NCBI GenBank assembly: GCA_951406725.2
Contig: OX597821.1
Location: forward strand, 49,290,001 to 49,354,000
Source: Octopus vulgaris
Lineage: Eukaryota
Direction: 5' to 3'
Length of the DNA stretch: 64,000 nucleotides
Part shown: piece after piece, positions 10,874 to 22,699 of the stretch
How positions within the stretch are numbered: the first letter of the stretch is position 1
Layout: every line of letters begins with the position of its first letter
Program-made: the position numbers and the translations under genes
Notes under the pieces: model-generated
Databases searched by the model: none
Told to the model about the DNA's origin: nothing
What the model saw: the letters and a program-made list of their open reading frames with translations, nothing else

Positions 10874-13800
10874 CCTCCCCCTTTTGAGTTTTTTAAACGC
10901 AAATTTATCAATTTTATTTCCTCAGTGAGAAACTGGCATATCTTTTTCTCTTAGCGTTAATTTCCATCATTTCTGTAGGTTTTCTCTTCCTGTTTGACCT
11001 ACGTGTCGGTTCTGCTTTTGCTTGTGGTTCTGGGACCTCAAACACTTTTACTTGTGCTTCTGGGATCTGGAACAAATCATACTATAAATCCATTGGTTCT
11101 TCTTGCCTCTCTTGGTTTTTGGTATATCTTTTTTATTCTGGTTTAAATGCCTTCTGTGTTCATATTTTGGTCCTTTTACCATGTACATCACATTACCCAG
11201 ACGTCCAGTTATACTTCCTTGTTCCCAGTCCTGTTTTCTGTTCCTATATATTTTAAAATACACTTTGTTACCTGTGTTAAAAAATTTTGTTTTTCTTCCC
11301 GAATTTTCTATTTTCTATTTCTTGCTCAGCAACCATTTGTCAAAAATAGAACAAATTTTTCTGGAAGACATCAAATCTGCGGGTGACCTACCCGACTCTG
11401 CATTTGGATTCGGTGTTATTCTATACACCTGCAAAAACTTTGTCATATTTGTATCTTCAAAGATTTCCCGTCTGGTCTTCCTTAAGGCTCTCTTGAATGT
11501 GTCAATGAATCTTTCCACTAACCCATTTGACCTTGGATGGTATGGCGGAGTTAACACATGCTTCATCTGAACCGATTTATAGAATCTTTCGAACTCCTTC
11601 GCCGTGAATCGTGTACCATTATCTGACACGATCGTTTATGGCACTCCATAACAAGCGAACAGTTCTTCCAAGAAGTCAATAGTCACATTTGTGGTAGGCC
11701 TTGAACATTTACACACTTCAGGCCATTTGGAATAGCTTTCCACCACAATGATATAATGTGAGCCATTTATTGGTCCTGCAAAATCCACATGTAGTCTAGA
11801 CCATGCTGAATCCGTTTTTGGCCACAACTGAATCTGCACTGGGGGCGCCTTTGCTGCCATAGCGCATCCCCTACACTGTTTTACCAATCTCTCAATTTGC
11901 TTGTCCATATTCAGCCAATAAACGTAACTTCTCATAAGGCTCTTCATCTGGACAATCCCCGGATGTCCTACATGAAAGTCTTTTAATACTCTGTTTTGCA
12001 TTGCTTCAGGTATTACCACTCTTTGTGCATATAATAATACTTCATCACATACTAAATAGTGCTTTGAACATGCGTCCCGCTCATTTATATTTTTTAATCT
12101 TATGAACCTATCATTTCCCGATTTCATTTTAATTGCTTCCAGCGTTACCAGCAAATCACGTACTACATTGCACAAAATATTCTTCAGTTCCATTTCTAGT
12201 TTGAACGATGCAATCACCGTGACTTCAAAAGGTTTCTCATATTTTGGAATTAGCCTAGACAACCCGTCTGCATGTCCCATTTTTATTGATGGCAAAAACT
12301 CCATCTGGAAATTGTAGTTCAACAGAGTAGTCCCCCAGCACTGTAAGCAGTTTGCTGAGTGCGTTGGGATATCCTTTTTCAAACCAAAAATAGACAATAA
12401 CAGTTGTCTATTTGCAGTGTAAACTTCCTCCCATGTAAGAATTTATGGAATTTTTTTACTGTGAAGATTAATGATAACACCTCTTTTTCAATCTGGCTGT
12501 AGTTTCTTTCCGCTAGTAATAGAACTCTTGATGCATGTGCAATAGCTTTGATTTTACCATCATTAAATTTATGCAATATCACAGCTCCTATACAATATTC
12601 ACTGGCATCCGATGCCACAATTATTTTCAGATTTGGGTCAAAATGAGTTAATGATAACTCTGATGTTAACCGCTTTTTTAATTCCTTGAATGATTTCTGA
12701 TATTCATTTGTCCAGCTCCATTTTGAGTCCTTCTTTAGCAACTTATTCAACGGAGCTCTTAGCTCATACATTTTAGGTATGTATAACTGGTAATAACTTA
12801 CCAAACCTAAAAATGCTTATAGTGTTGTTTTGTTAGTAGGAGCAGGCATTTTTTTTTTATCGCGTCGATCCTAGAAGGGTCCGGTTTTCATCGATCACCT
12901 GTCCTAAGTACTTTATTTTTGTCAAGAAAAATTCACATTTATCCTCCCTTACTTTAAACCCATAATCACATATTAGTTTGGAAACCTCTTCTATATGTTC
13001 AATATGTTGGTCCTTCGATTCACTTTTGATCAATATGTCATCTAAGTATGGGACCACGAACTGACAATCTGCTAGCATATTGTCCATCACATGCTGAAAT
13101 ATTGCTGGTGCGACCTTAACCCCAAATGAGAGTCTTTTGAAATGGTACCGACCTTTATGAGTATTGATTGTTAATACTTTAGCACATTCTTCATCTACCA
13201 GTTATTGGAGGTAGGCCTCTGACAAATCCAGCTTGGAAAAAATTTTCCCACCATGGCACTTAGCTAATATTTCTGGTTTTGGAAGCGAATAATTGTAATT
13301 TTTTAAACAATCATTAAGACCAGTTGAATAGTCCGCACATACTCTTACCTCATTGTTCTTTTTTATATATACTGTAGGAGCCGCCCACTCAGAGTAGTCT
13401 ACTTTTTCAATTACTTCCATGTCTTCCAATCTTTTTAATTCCTTCTTAACTTGATTTAATGCCGCAAAAGGTACATTCCTTTTCAGTTTGAACACCGGCA
13501 CCGCATTTTCTTTCAACTCAAACTTTACTTTAATTTTTTTTACACATACCAAGCTCTTTCAGAAAAATATCAAGGTACATCTTTTTCAGTTTTAATTTCA
13601 TTTTTTCCAATGTTTTCTCTGATATGGACTGTGACACGTTCACCTTATTACATAATGTATTCAGTGATAAATCCCACAGGTCGAATCCTTCCATTAAATC
13701 TGTCCTGAACATATTCATTGTATTCTTAGATACCATTAGTTTACATTTCTGTGTCCTGTTTTTAAGTTTTATTTCTGGTGAAATTTTGCCCAAGAATTGA

Positions 13801-14863
13801 ACTCGTTCCCCTGACACACTGTAGGCTATCCTAGTAGTTTTTTTATACAATGGCCTGCCTATCTTACTCCATGTTGCCGTATTTATTATCGATACATCTG
13901 AACTGGTATCCAATTGCATTTTGGTCTGAAACCCATTTATTTCTACCAACATAAATTTTCGGTTTTGTATGGTATAATTTACTTTTGTTGAGTAGACTTT
14001 CTTTTGTTTTACCATTTTCTTTGACTGGCATTTCGTCTGTATATGTCCAATTTTACCACACTTAAAACAGGTTTTATCTTTAAAAGGGCAATCTTTCCTC
14101 AAATGTTGATCTCCGCAACCATAGCACCGTTTTGAATTAAAATTTTTCCTTCTTTCTGTACTTTCTTTACACATTTGTACATTATTATTCTTGTCTTCTA
14201 TCTTTCTTGTATCATCTCGAAGGTTTCTTATTTGTTGGCATTCCTCAGCCACATTCTGCTAAGTGAGTTTCACATCTTGATTCAACTTTGATAATATTCT
14301 TTTTCTAATTTCCGTGTCTTCCATTGCCACTAGCCCTTTAACGAATATTAGGCACTTGAACATATCTGACGTTAATTCTTCCAGCTTAAACCTTTCGCAA
14401 GCCTTATTAACCATACCGGCATATGTTACAAAATCATCAGACTCATTTTTCTTTAAATTCAAACATTCCCATCGAATGTTAAACTGCAAACTTTTCTTGC
14501 TAAAACTATTAGTCAAAATATTTATCATTTCATCAAAACACAATTCCGCGGACTTTCTTGGCAAAATAAAATTACAAAATCTTTTGTGTTCCTGAGTAGC
14601 AAGCTTCGCAAAAGGTGCCTTACTAGACCATCCCTTGCATTCCTCTCGGAATATGTCTTTGTATTGTCTATAATATGCAGCAAAAGTAGTTCCTTCATCC
14701 GGATTGTAGTGAAATTCTTCGATGGAATTTGCAACACAATCTGCTGAAAATGATTCTGTAGTATTTCTCGACTGCAGTAACAATTCTGTTAACTTCTGTA
14801 GTTGCTGCTCTTGTTGTTTTACAACTGCTTTCAGTGATTCTTCCATTTCGGTACTATTCGAAA

Positions 14864-14930
14864 CCTCGTCGCCACTGTTATATCGCAATACTGCACAGTG
14901 GCTGTGTGTGCTACGAAATCCTCGTCACCA
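14864..14930 (-). promoter_or_regulatory. Two primer-binding sites complementary to the 3' end of tRNA-Ser(GCU)
   Basis: TGGTGACGAGGAT (14930-14918) and TGGCGACGAGG (14874-14864); tRNA-Ser(GCU) ends ...ATCCTCGTCGCCA (recalled). Confidence 0.75.
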
Positions 14931-14931
14931 C

Positions 14932-15047
14932 TGTTATGTTGCACATTCGGATGACCTCTACTCAACTTCTCTCGACGTCTAGACTTCTCCCTCTATAACT
15001 ATGTATTGAGCTAATCTACTTCATCGTCTGGGGGCGTCCACACAACA
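14932..15047 (-). repeat. 5' LTR (116 bp)
   Basis: Direct repeat of 10758-10873, followed on the minus strand by G-TGGTGACGAGGAT. Confidence 0.95.
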
Positions 15048-16529
15048 GTTTATAAAATTATTTGTGAAAAAAGCACTTATTATTATTATTAAATTTAATA
15101 GTACTAAATATAATAAAAAAACTTTACTTGTACTAAAAATTTTACAATCTAATTCACAAAGTAACCAAACTAATATTTTTCAATTTAAGTTCACATATAA
15201 TAATTATAAAATAAGAATAATTAAATATATGTACGTATCTAAATTATCATTAACAAATAAAAAAAATTAGACATTCATATTTATCAATCAATAATCCTAT
15301 AGATTACATTATTATTTCTTAAATAAATTGTATACTTATCCCTCCAAAGATATATTATGAACTAAAAAATTTCAAAATGGAAAACGTATTACTTACCGTT
15401 TATATAAATAAATAGAACAAACAGATAGAAATATACATTTTATCAGTGAAAACTACAAATTTATCTTAGCTTTAACAAAAAGAGAATAAAATCACAAAAA
15501 CTGTAAAATATCATTCACTAGAAACTTCAAAATTCAAAAATTACTACGAAAACACGTAAAACACAAATATACTCAAATTCACAACATACTTAAACTAATT
15601 TATATAACTACAATTTACTCTACATTCTCTATTACCCTTATACTAATTTACTTGTTTCATTCATATAAATATGGTTACGCTGGAGCCCCGCCTTTATTCG
15701 AACAAATCAACCCCTGGACCCATTCTATATAAACACAGTACTTTTTCAGTCTCAATTTTCTAACCACTAGTTCAATATACTTAAGTTAATCTAAAAAACT
15801 ATAATGTAATTAATATTTATTAATAAATTATATTTATTAATTAAATAAATATCTAAAATAAATCTAATTCTAAATATTTAATACAAACTCATGCTGACTA
15901 ATATACAAAACACCACCACAAAACAAACTACAATATCACTTACACCAAATATATATTATATATCAAATAAATGCTCAAAATAAATCCTCACTAATAAATT
16001 AAACTTATTATATATAAGTAAATTAATTTATATTTAGATCTAATACTTCGGTCATTAAGGGAATAAATAAAGTACTTATTATTATTATTATTATTAAATA
16101 AAATAGTACATAAAAAAAGTTTTTACTACATATTCAAAAGTATTTTACGTTACTATTTCCCAAAATGATAATACTTAATACTTTTGATTTTAGTACACAT
16201 ATAATAAGTATAATAGTAATAATAATAATAATAATAACAATAATAATTAAATTACTATCTTTTAATCTATATTCATTAATTAAATTATATATTTATTAAT
16301 TAAATAAACATCAAAGTATAATCTAACTCTAAGTATGTAAAAAACTATACTAACATATTATTATAAATAAATAGTACATATAGATAAAAAAATTTACTAC
16401 ATATTCAAAATTATTTAGCATTACTAAAACTATTTCCCCCAAAAAGTAATACTTAATACTTTTAATTTTAGTACACATATAATAAGTATAATAATAATGA
16501 TAACAATATCCATTAAATAAATTATATAT

Positions 16530-16882
16530 GGGACGACACTGCATAGTGCCAAAGATCCCAGCAATGCCATCACGCTTCAGGACCAGCTTCTGCAACAGCT
16601 TGGGTTTCAAGGGCCCACAGCTTTTTAATATTCTCCCAAAGAGTCTGAGGAACTTGCACAAAGTAGATGTAGCGGTTTTTAAATCAAAGCTGGACATTTT
16701 CCTGTCGAGAGTCCCAGATGAACCTACCTCACGGCAAGAGGTGCAAATGAGAGTAGCTATATCAAACTCCATTCTTCACCAAGTGCCACATATTAGACGA
16801 GGTTCTTCGCACTAACAGTGTTGCAGAAAACAGCGGTGCATCAGCATGGCTGCAGCTCTGAGCTGAAACTAGAGAAAAAAAA
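16530..16882 (+). mobile_element. 3' end of a CR1/L2/Jockey-group LINE inserted in the Penelope-like element
   Basis: ORF with GPQLFNILPKSLR...FKSKLDIFLSRVPDEP typical of the post-RT C-terminus, short 3' UTR and A-rich tail. Confidence 0.85.
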
Positions 16883-17173
16883 ATTTATTAATTAAATAAA
16901 CATCAAAATATAATCTAATTCAAACAATGTAAAAATCCTTTACTAACTCTTTTTGACTTATATTCAAAACACCCTACAAAACTACAACCATAACACTACT
17001 ATAATTAATCAATTAATTAATTTATATATTTATTTATTTAATAATAAATATTTAATTTAGACTTATTTAATTATGAAATATACAATATATAATCACATGC
17101 TAATTTATAGACTTAATACTACTAAAAATTATAATTACAAACAAGTTAGTAACAAAAATAGGGTTTAAACTCA

Positions 17174-17460
17174 CTATTTATCTAAAAATTTATTATATAA
17201 GTAAAGTAATTTATGTTTACATTTAATTTTACGCTCATTCAATGAATTAACTAATTTATTATGATTATTAAATATTATTTCTTTAAATTCACTAGTTCAT
17301 AATAAACAAGAATTGCTACCTATACTATATGATTTCGCCTTACAAACAATCTCCCACTTTAAATTATACTTAATTCGTTGAGATTTAAGTTCCCATACAT
17401 ATATTTAATAAGCCCAGTAAAATTCATTAGATATCTATTGTTAAAGGAATGCATATGCTG
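17174..17460 (-). pseudogene. Penelope (Naiad-like) GIY-YIG endonuclease C-terminal remnant
   Basis: Manual translation: QHMHSFNNRYLMNFTGLIKY/(+2 shift)/VWELKSQRIKYNLKWEIVCKAKSYSIGSNSCLL*TSEFKEIIFNNHNKLVNSLNERKIKCKHKLL; fits the HxxSF...YIWELK...KW...CxLCxxE...N...CxH pattern of these endonucleases. Confidence 0.8.
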
Positions 17461-17592
17461 AATTGCATAATAATGGTTTTTCTCTAATTTATATATTATA
17501 TATTTGTATTGTGAAATTTGATTTAATACTAAATTGAATTTTTCCCTGTAAGTTTGGAGTTATACTCCCTAATATTTATTATTATTATCATT

Positions 17593-17659
<67 letters not shown>

Positions 17660-17729
17660 TATATGTGTCTTATATATATATACACATATATATATTATAC
17701 ATATATATGTAATATATACATATAATATA

Positions 17730-17774
<45 letters not shown>

Positions 17775-18039
17775 TATATATATATTATATATATATATAT
17801 TATACATGTATAATTATATATATATATATGTGTGTGTTATATATATATATATATATATAAATATATGAATATATTGTATATATATTATATATTTAGATAT
17901 ATTTTATATATTTAGATAGACTGGGCCTGGTGCAGCCTCCTGGCTTCCCAGACCCCAGTTGAACTGTCCAATCTATGGAAAGCAGACGCTAAACGATGAT
18001 GATGATGATATATTTATGTACATATATAATATCCTACAC

Positions 18040-18272
18040 CACAAGGTGCTTCTTGCTCTCAACCACTACCTTGACCTTCAACCTAACCCCCAACCTAACA
18101 CATCCACACTTCTTTGTCTGACTGAACTTGTTCTCTCCCTTAACTGCTTCTCATTCATGGGGGATTTTACAAATAGGTCTCGGGAGTGGCCATGGGAAGA
18201 AAAATGGGCCCCACCTTTGTGAATCTATTTGTTGTCTAAGTTGAGGCCCAAATATTCTCAAGATTCACTGGT
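18040..18272 (+). mobile_element. Penelope-type RT fragment
   Basis: ALNHYLD...STLLCLTELVLSLNCFSF followed, with a frameshift, by GVAMGRKMGPTFVNLFV (PLE GxAMG motif). Confidence 0.8.
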
Positions 18273-18277
18273 TCCAT

Positions 18278-18563
18278 GGGCATATGGCATAGTGGTTAAG
18301 AGTGTGGGCTACTAACCCCAAGATTCCCAAGTTCGATTCTAGTCAGTGACCTAAATAATAATAATAATAGTAATAATAATAATAACATCGAAAAATATCT
18401 TGGAAATGAGAACCCAAGTTCGAAATTTCCCGAAGACACCTGATGAAGGCTAGAAGGTATATCAGCCGAAATGTTGTGTTAACAACAAACAAGATGAGGA
18501 CAAATATTCGTCAAATGTAATATAAATAATGTACGTAATTCCTCATCTCTTAAATATAGAACT
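18278..18563 (+). mobile_element. SINE-like element: tRNA-derived head, (AAT)n linker, hammerhead-bearing tail
   Basis: A box TGGCATAGTGG (18285-18295), B box GTTCGATTC (18331-18339), hammerhead at 18436-18479. Confidence 0.65.
18436..18479 (+). ncRNA. Minimal hammerhead ribozyme motif
   Basis: ACAC-CTGATGA-A-GGCT(12 nt)AGCC-GAAA-TGTT-GTGT; stems I and II pair; stem III probably decayed from palindromic AACGTT. Confidence 0.7.
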
Positions 18564-18959
18564 GGAGGTTTAATATTGTTTATTCAGTGCATATGTTGCT
18601 CCCAGTTGGAGGAGGTTGCATTTGACACCTTTACATTATGTCTATTAAATATCAAGTGATATCTATGGTATTCTGGGAAGCATCAGTATGTCTGCACCTT
18701 GTAGGATATATGTGTATAATTATGTATTCATATATGTATGTATGTATGTATGTGTATACCTTTGTGCATTTGTGATTGGCTGACACACATACATGTAACA
18801 TATACTGACATATGCTCATGAATAAACGTATTAATGTACGTGTCTGTCTTTGCTTTGATTTAAACCCATGAAAGTGGGCTTCTGTTAGTCTGTGCATCTG
18901 TCTAGCCAATAAAATCTCTCAATACAGCAAAACTGAAATGTAAATCTCCCAGCTTAAAA

Positions 18960-19272
18960 TCATATTTTCACACCTGAGGAGTTTGTTTGCTGAGTCTTTG
19001 AGCTTCCATAGTTTTCTTTTCCAGATTGGTTTATTTCTCCAAGTCTTTCTAGCTCTAATTCTGAAGTCACTAACTAGTAACCTATGTTGGGTTGTACACT
19101 CTTCACCTGGGAATGACTTTGCATTTTTAAGCATCCGTCTATTTTGTTGCCTGGTGAGGAGGTAGTCAATTTGCCTTATGTGCTCACCAGACTGATAAGT
19201 GATTTGGTAGTTGGCTGGTTTTTTGAAGTTAGTGTTGCAGATTATGAGATTGTTTGCGTCACAGAACTCCTA
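18960..19272 (-). mobile_element. RTE LINE endonuclease-region fragment
   Basis: NAKSFPGEECTTQHRLLVSDF and QIDYLL motifs. Confidence 0.8.
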
Positions 19273-19343
19273 TTAATTTTGTGTGTGTATGTATATATAT
19301 ATATATATATCATATTATATTGTATCATATCATATCGTATTAT

Positions 19344-19780
19344 AGGAAAATCAAAAACTAAGGCACAACAATTATCTCAAATCATTTAGAATAATTTAAT
19401 CAGGGTAAGGTGAATTTGAAGTCTTACAGCCATTTCTGGGATAACCCAAGTGGTAGGTTAGCATGTCCACAGACTGGGCATTCCGTCATCACAGACAAAA
19501 AATGAATATTTTAGACAGGGAAAATTTACAGTTTACTAAGAATAAAATTCACAGTTTATAAGGAATAAAATAGAAGAATAAAGAGTAGAAGTAGTTAGAA
19601 GAATATAGGCAGGAGAATAATGTTTACGACTCATCTTTTTCCAGAATGTGCGTAGACATGCTAACCTACCACTTGAGTTATCCCAGAAATAGCTGTAAAA
19701 CTTCAAATTCACCGTCCCCTCATTAAATTATTCTAACTTACTTGAGATACTCTTTCTGCCTTGGTTTTTGATTTTCTAGT
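19344..19780. mobile_element. Degenerate Penelope-like inverted pseudo-LTR pair with decayed hammerhead (19421-19496, minus)
   Basis: About 19344-19468 is the diverged reverse complement of about 19654-19780; GTCT-gTGATGA...GAAATGGCTGTA-AGAC. Confidence 0.6.
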
Positions 19781-20000
19781 CTAATATAATATATACCTGC
19801 TATAACGAACCCCTAATATGGATCTCTAGATCCAGCATAAGCTGTGATCTTGGAACCTAATGGTCAACCAACTATAGCACTTACTCAGCATACCTATTCT
19901 TTTAGATCACTAGTGGACTAAACCCCTCATATTCTTTATATATATATGCTATAATTTCTAAATCTCTCTAAAGGAGAGGTACAGCAGCAATACTGGGTAT

Positions 20001-20260
20001 TAATATTTATTTCCAAACTAACGTGGCAGTTCAGAGAAATAGGAAGAATGCTGCTGTTGATAAGCTTTGAGAGACAATCGATTCTAGCTAGCTACATGAC
20101 GCACAAATCTGCATCCATAAACCTGCCGTGTTTGAAGGTTTATGGACACAGATTTGTGTGTCATATAGCTAGCTAGAGGTGATCGCCTCTTGGAGCTAAT
20201 CAACAACACCATTTGTCCTATTACTTTGGGCTGCCAAGTTAGTTTGGCAGTAAATATTTA
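20001..20260. repeat. 260-bp imperfect fold-back (about 125-bp arms, about 11-nt loop)
   Basis: ctagctagctacatgacgcacaaatctgcatccataaacct / aggtttatggacacagatttgtgtgtcatatagctagctag; pairing extends to ccaaactaacgtggcag / ctgccaagttagtttgg. Confidence 0.85.
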
Positions 20261-20472
20261 TATATATATATACGTCTTGCTGTGGCGTCCTGTACTTACG
20301 TATATTTATTTATATATGCATGTATATATACATGTAGATGTAGGTACATACATATATGTTTGTATGTATGCATATATTTTTAATTATCACATTATTGTCT
20401 GACAGTGCCCCGCGTCAGGTTCGTTTCGATTTGTCGGTTCGTTCCACTTCTTGTCTCCATTCATTTTATATA

Positions 20473-20504
<32 letters not shown>

Positions 20505-20940
20505 CAGGCATGTTTTTTTTTGGGGGGGGGGGTTTCTATGTAGATTTCAAATTGTCAAAAAATATAGAATTAGTGTGGTATTTTTTATATTTAATTTTTA
20601 TAAAGTAAATTAGTTATTCAGTGACATCACTCTTGGTTGAATGAATGAATGTCTAAAGTTAAATTTGGTTTGGCGGGGTTTTTTAGCATTTTTTTTAACA
20701 GCTAAAATTTTTTCTGATGTTCACTTAGAATTTCACCAATTTGGATTGCCTTTATAATGTTGTGTTGACATAAATTTTTGTATATATTATTATTATTATT
20801 GATTTTAATAACATTATGTATATTTACATGATATATGTATATAAGAATATATATGTGTCAATACAGTTGAAACAATTGTTGGATTTTTAAATGATATGGT
20901 TTTCTTCATACATATTATTGGTTGTTATGTGTGTGTGTGT

Positions 20941-20995
<55 letters not shown>

Positions 20996-22699
20996 TATGT
21001 ATATATAGGTATAGATGTGTTATCATCATCATTTAGCATCTCTTTTTCCATACTGGAATAGGTTGGGCAGTTTGACAAGAACAAATGAGCCAGTGGACTC
21101 CACCTGGTTCTATGTCTGGTATGGTTTCTACAACTTGATGCTCTTCCTAAAGCCTTTCACTTAACGGAGTGTACTTAGTGCTTTTTATGTAGTACGAGCT
21201 CCAGCGATGTCACCCATTGCTCACAAGATAAGATCCTTCAACTGAGTGAGTTATTGACTAGAGAATGAAACTATCATTAAGGGAGAAGTGCAGGTGTCTT
21301 GCCAAAGAGGTGAATACATAGCTTGCCCACCTGGAAAGTGAGAGAAAGCAAGAGATGTGAGGTCCAGGTACCCCCAGAATATGAGGCAGAATAGGAACTG
21401 TACTGAGTGAAAATAGTGTGATAGATGATTAGAGGCAGAGAATGGTTGGATACAGAGGATATCAGTTCACTGTCATGGGAAATTAAGAAAATAGTTGATG
21501 AATTGTGAGGAAAGGATTGATAGAGCCTCAGTTTCACTGAGATGGACAGGTCTTCTCAAGCACAGCATAACACCATTCATCTCACTCCCCCAACATCTCT
21601 ATGAGTCTCAATATCTCGAGGTCAGTCTTCACCACTTTGTTGTGTTCCTAGGTCTACCTTCTCCACATGTTCCTTCCATGTTTAGCAATCAGCACTTCTT
21701 TATACAACTGTCCTTATCCATCCAAATCACATGACCATACCAGTACAATCTTCTCTCCTGCATACCACATCTGAAGCCCATCTTTCTGTTTCTGTCTACC
21801 AAATCCACTCACAAGGCTTTGATCAGCCCTGTAGAAGACAGTTGCCCAAGGTGTCATACAGTGGGACTGAATTCAATACAATATGGTTTGGAAGCAAACT
21901 TTTTAACTATATGGCTACACATTTATATGTATGTTTGTGTAATAGTAATTACACTATATAATAGATATACAGTGGGTTACCCATATAAAATAGTTCTCTA
22001 AATGAACAAATTGATTGATGAATGATTTTTCTTTAATAAATTAAATTTTGCATGAGGAGCTGAAATTTAATCAAGTCATGAGCAGACTACACATGTGTAT
22101 AAGTGACTGAGAGCTCATTTATTTAGATAGCTGAAATTTGGACAACAGACCATGAGCAGACAGAGTGTACTTAGTGCTTTTTATGTAGTACGAGTGTAAA
22201 TGACTAGGTGCCTATTTACTTACTGAGCTGAAATTTAATCAAACAAACCACAAGTAGACTAAGCATGCTTATATGTGGGTAGGTGAGTGTACAAATGGTT
22301 TGTTAATATGTAAGAATTTAATGTAGCTTGGAATTTTTTATATTTTATATAGAAAATAATAATATTTCTCATTTTTTGCTAAAAACAAAACCATGGATCA
22401 ACAGAAGCAAGACAAGAAGAAAAATGTACAGACACACGTACACACACATGTATATATACATGCTTTTATGTGAAATTTGGTTGTGACTTTGAACTGATTA
22501 CCTCTATTTATATGGATTTTTATTTTTCATGTAACAAACATTATGATTAACAAACAGAGCCCTGGAGTGGATTATGTTTGTCTATAGAGAGCCCACTGTA
22601 CATGATAGTTCTCTGTAAGATACAGTATTTGGCCTTGGCATTTATTTTACCTAGTGGTGATCTTTCTTTTTTTTTTTTTCCTGTTTCTCTTTTAAGACA

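Larger units (their letters stand above)
10758..15047 (-). mobile_element. Full-length but decayed Ty3/Gypsy (Mag-like) LTR retrotransposon, 4290 bp
   Basis: gag with two CCHC knuckles, protease LDTSS, RT YLDD, RNase H (DASEY, NYSQIEKE), integrase (HxGHPG, HVDFAGP, SDNG, NGLVERF) in Gypsy order, broken by stops and frameshifts; TG..CA LTRs; TSD GTTTG/GTTTA. Confidence 0.97.
7607..17575 (-). mobile_element. 5'-truncated Penelope-like element (Naiad-type GIY-YIG tail, long AT-rich 3' region, hammerhead, inverted terminal segment) interrupted by nested insertions
   Basis: 7607-7726 is the reverse complement of 17458-17575; GIY-YIG C-terminal remnant at 17174-17460; hammerhead at 7838-7922 on the same strand; host sequence rejoins across the Helitron, Gypsy and LINE insertions. 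Confidence 0.75.

Noticed and set aside
15048-17170. Mitochondrial control-region insertion (NUMT)
   Set aside because: AT and C skew is similar, but no mitochondrial tRNA or gene remnants are visible and the tract lies between a Penelope endonuclease and its terminal repeat.
18278-18351. Functional tRNA gene (also SINE heads at 24415, 33655, 45870)
   Set aside because: A and B boxes present but acceptor stem does not pair and each head continues into a repeat body.
22393-22473. Start exon MDQQKQDKKKN...
   Set aside because: Good Kozak context but only weak phase-0 donors, incompatible with the next phase-1 exon, and it runs into a CA/TA tract.
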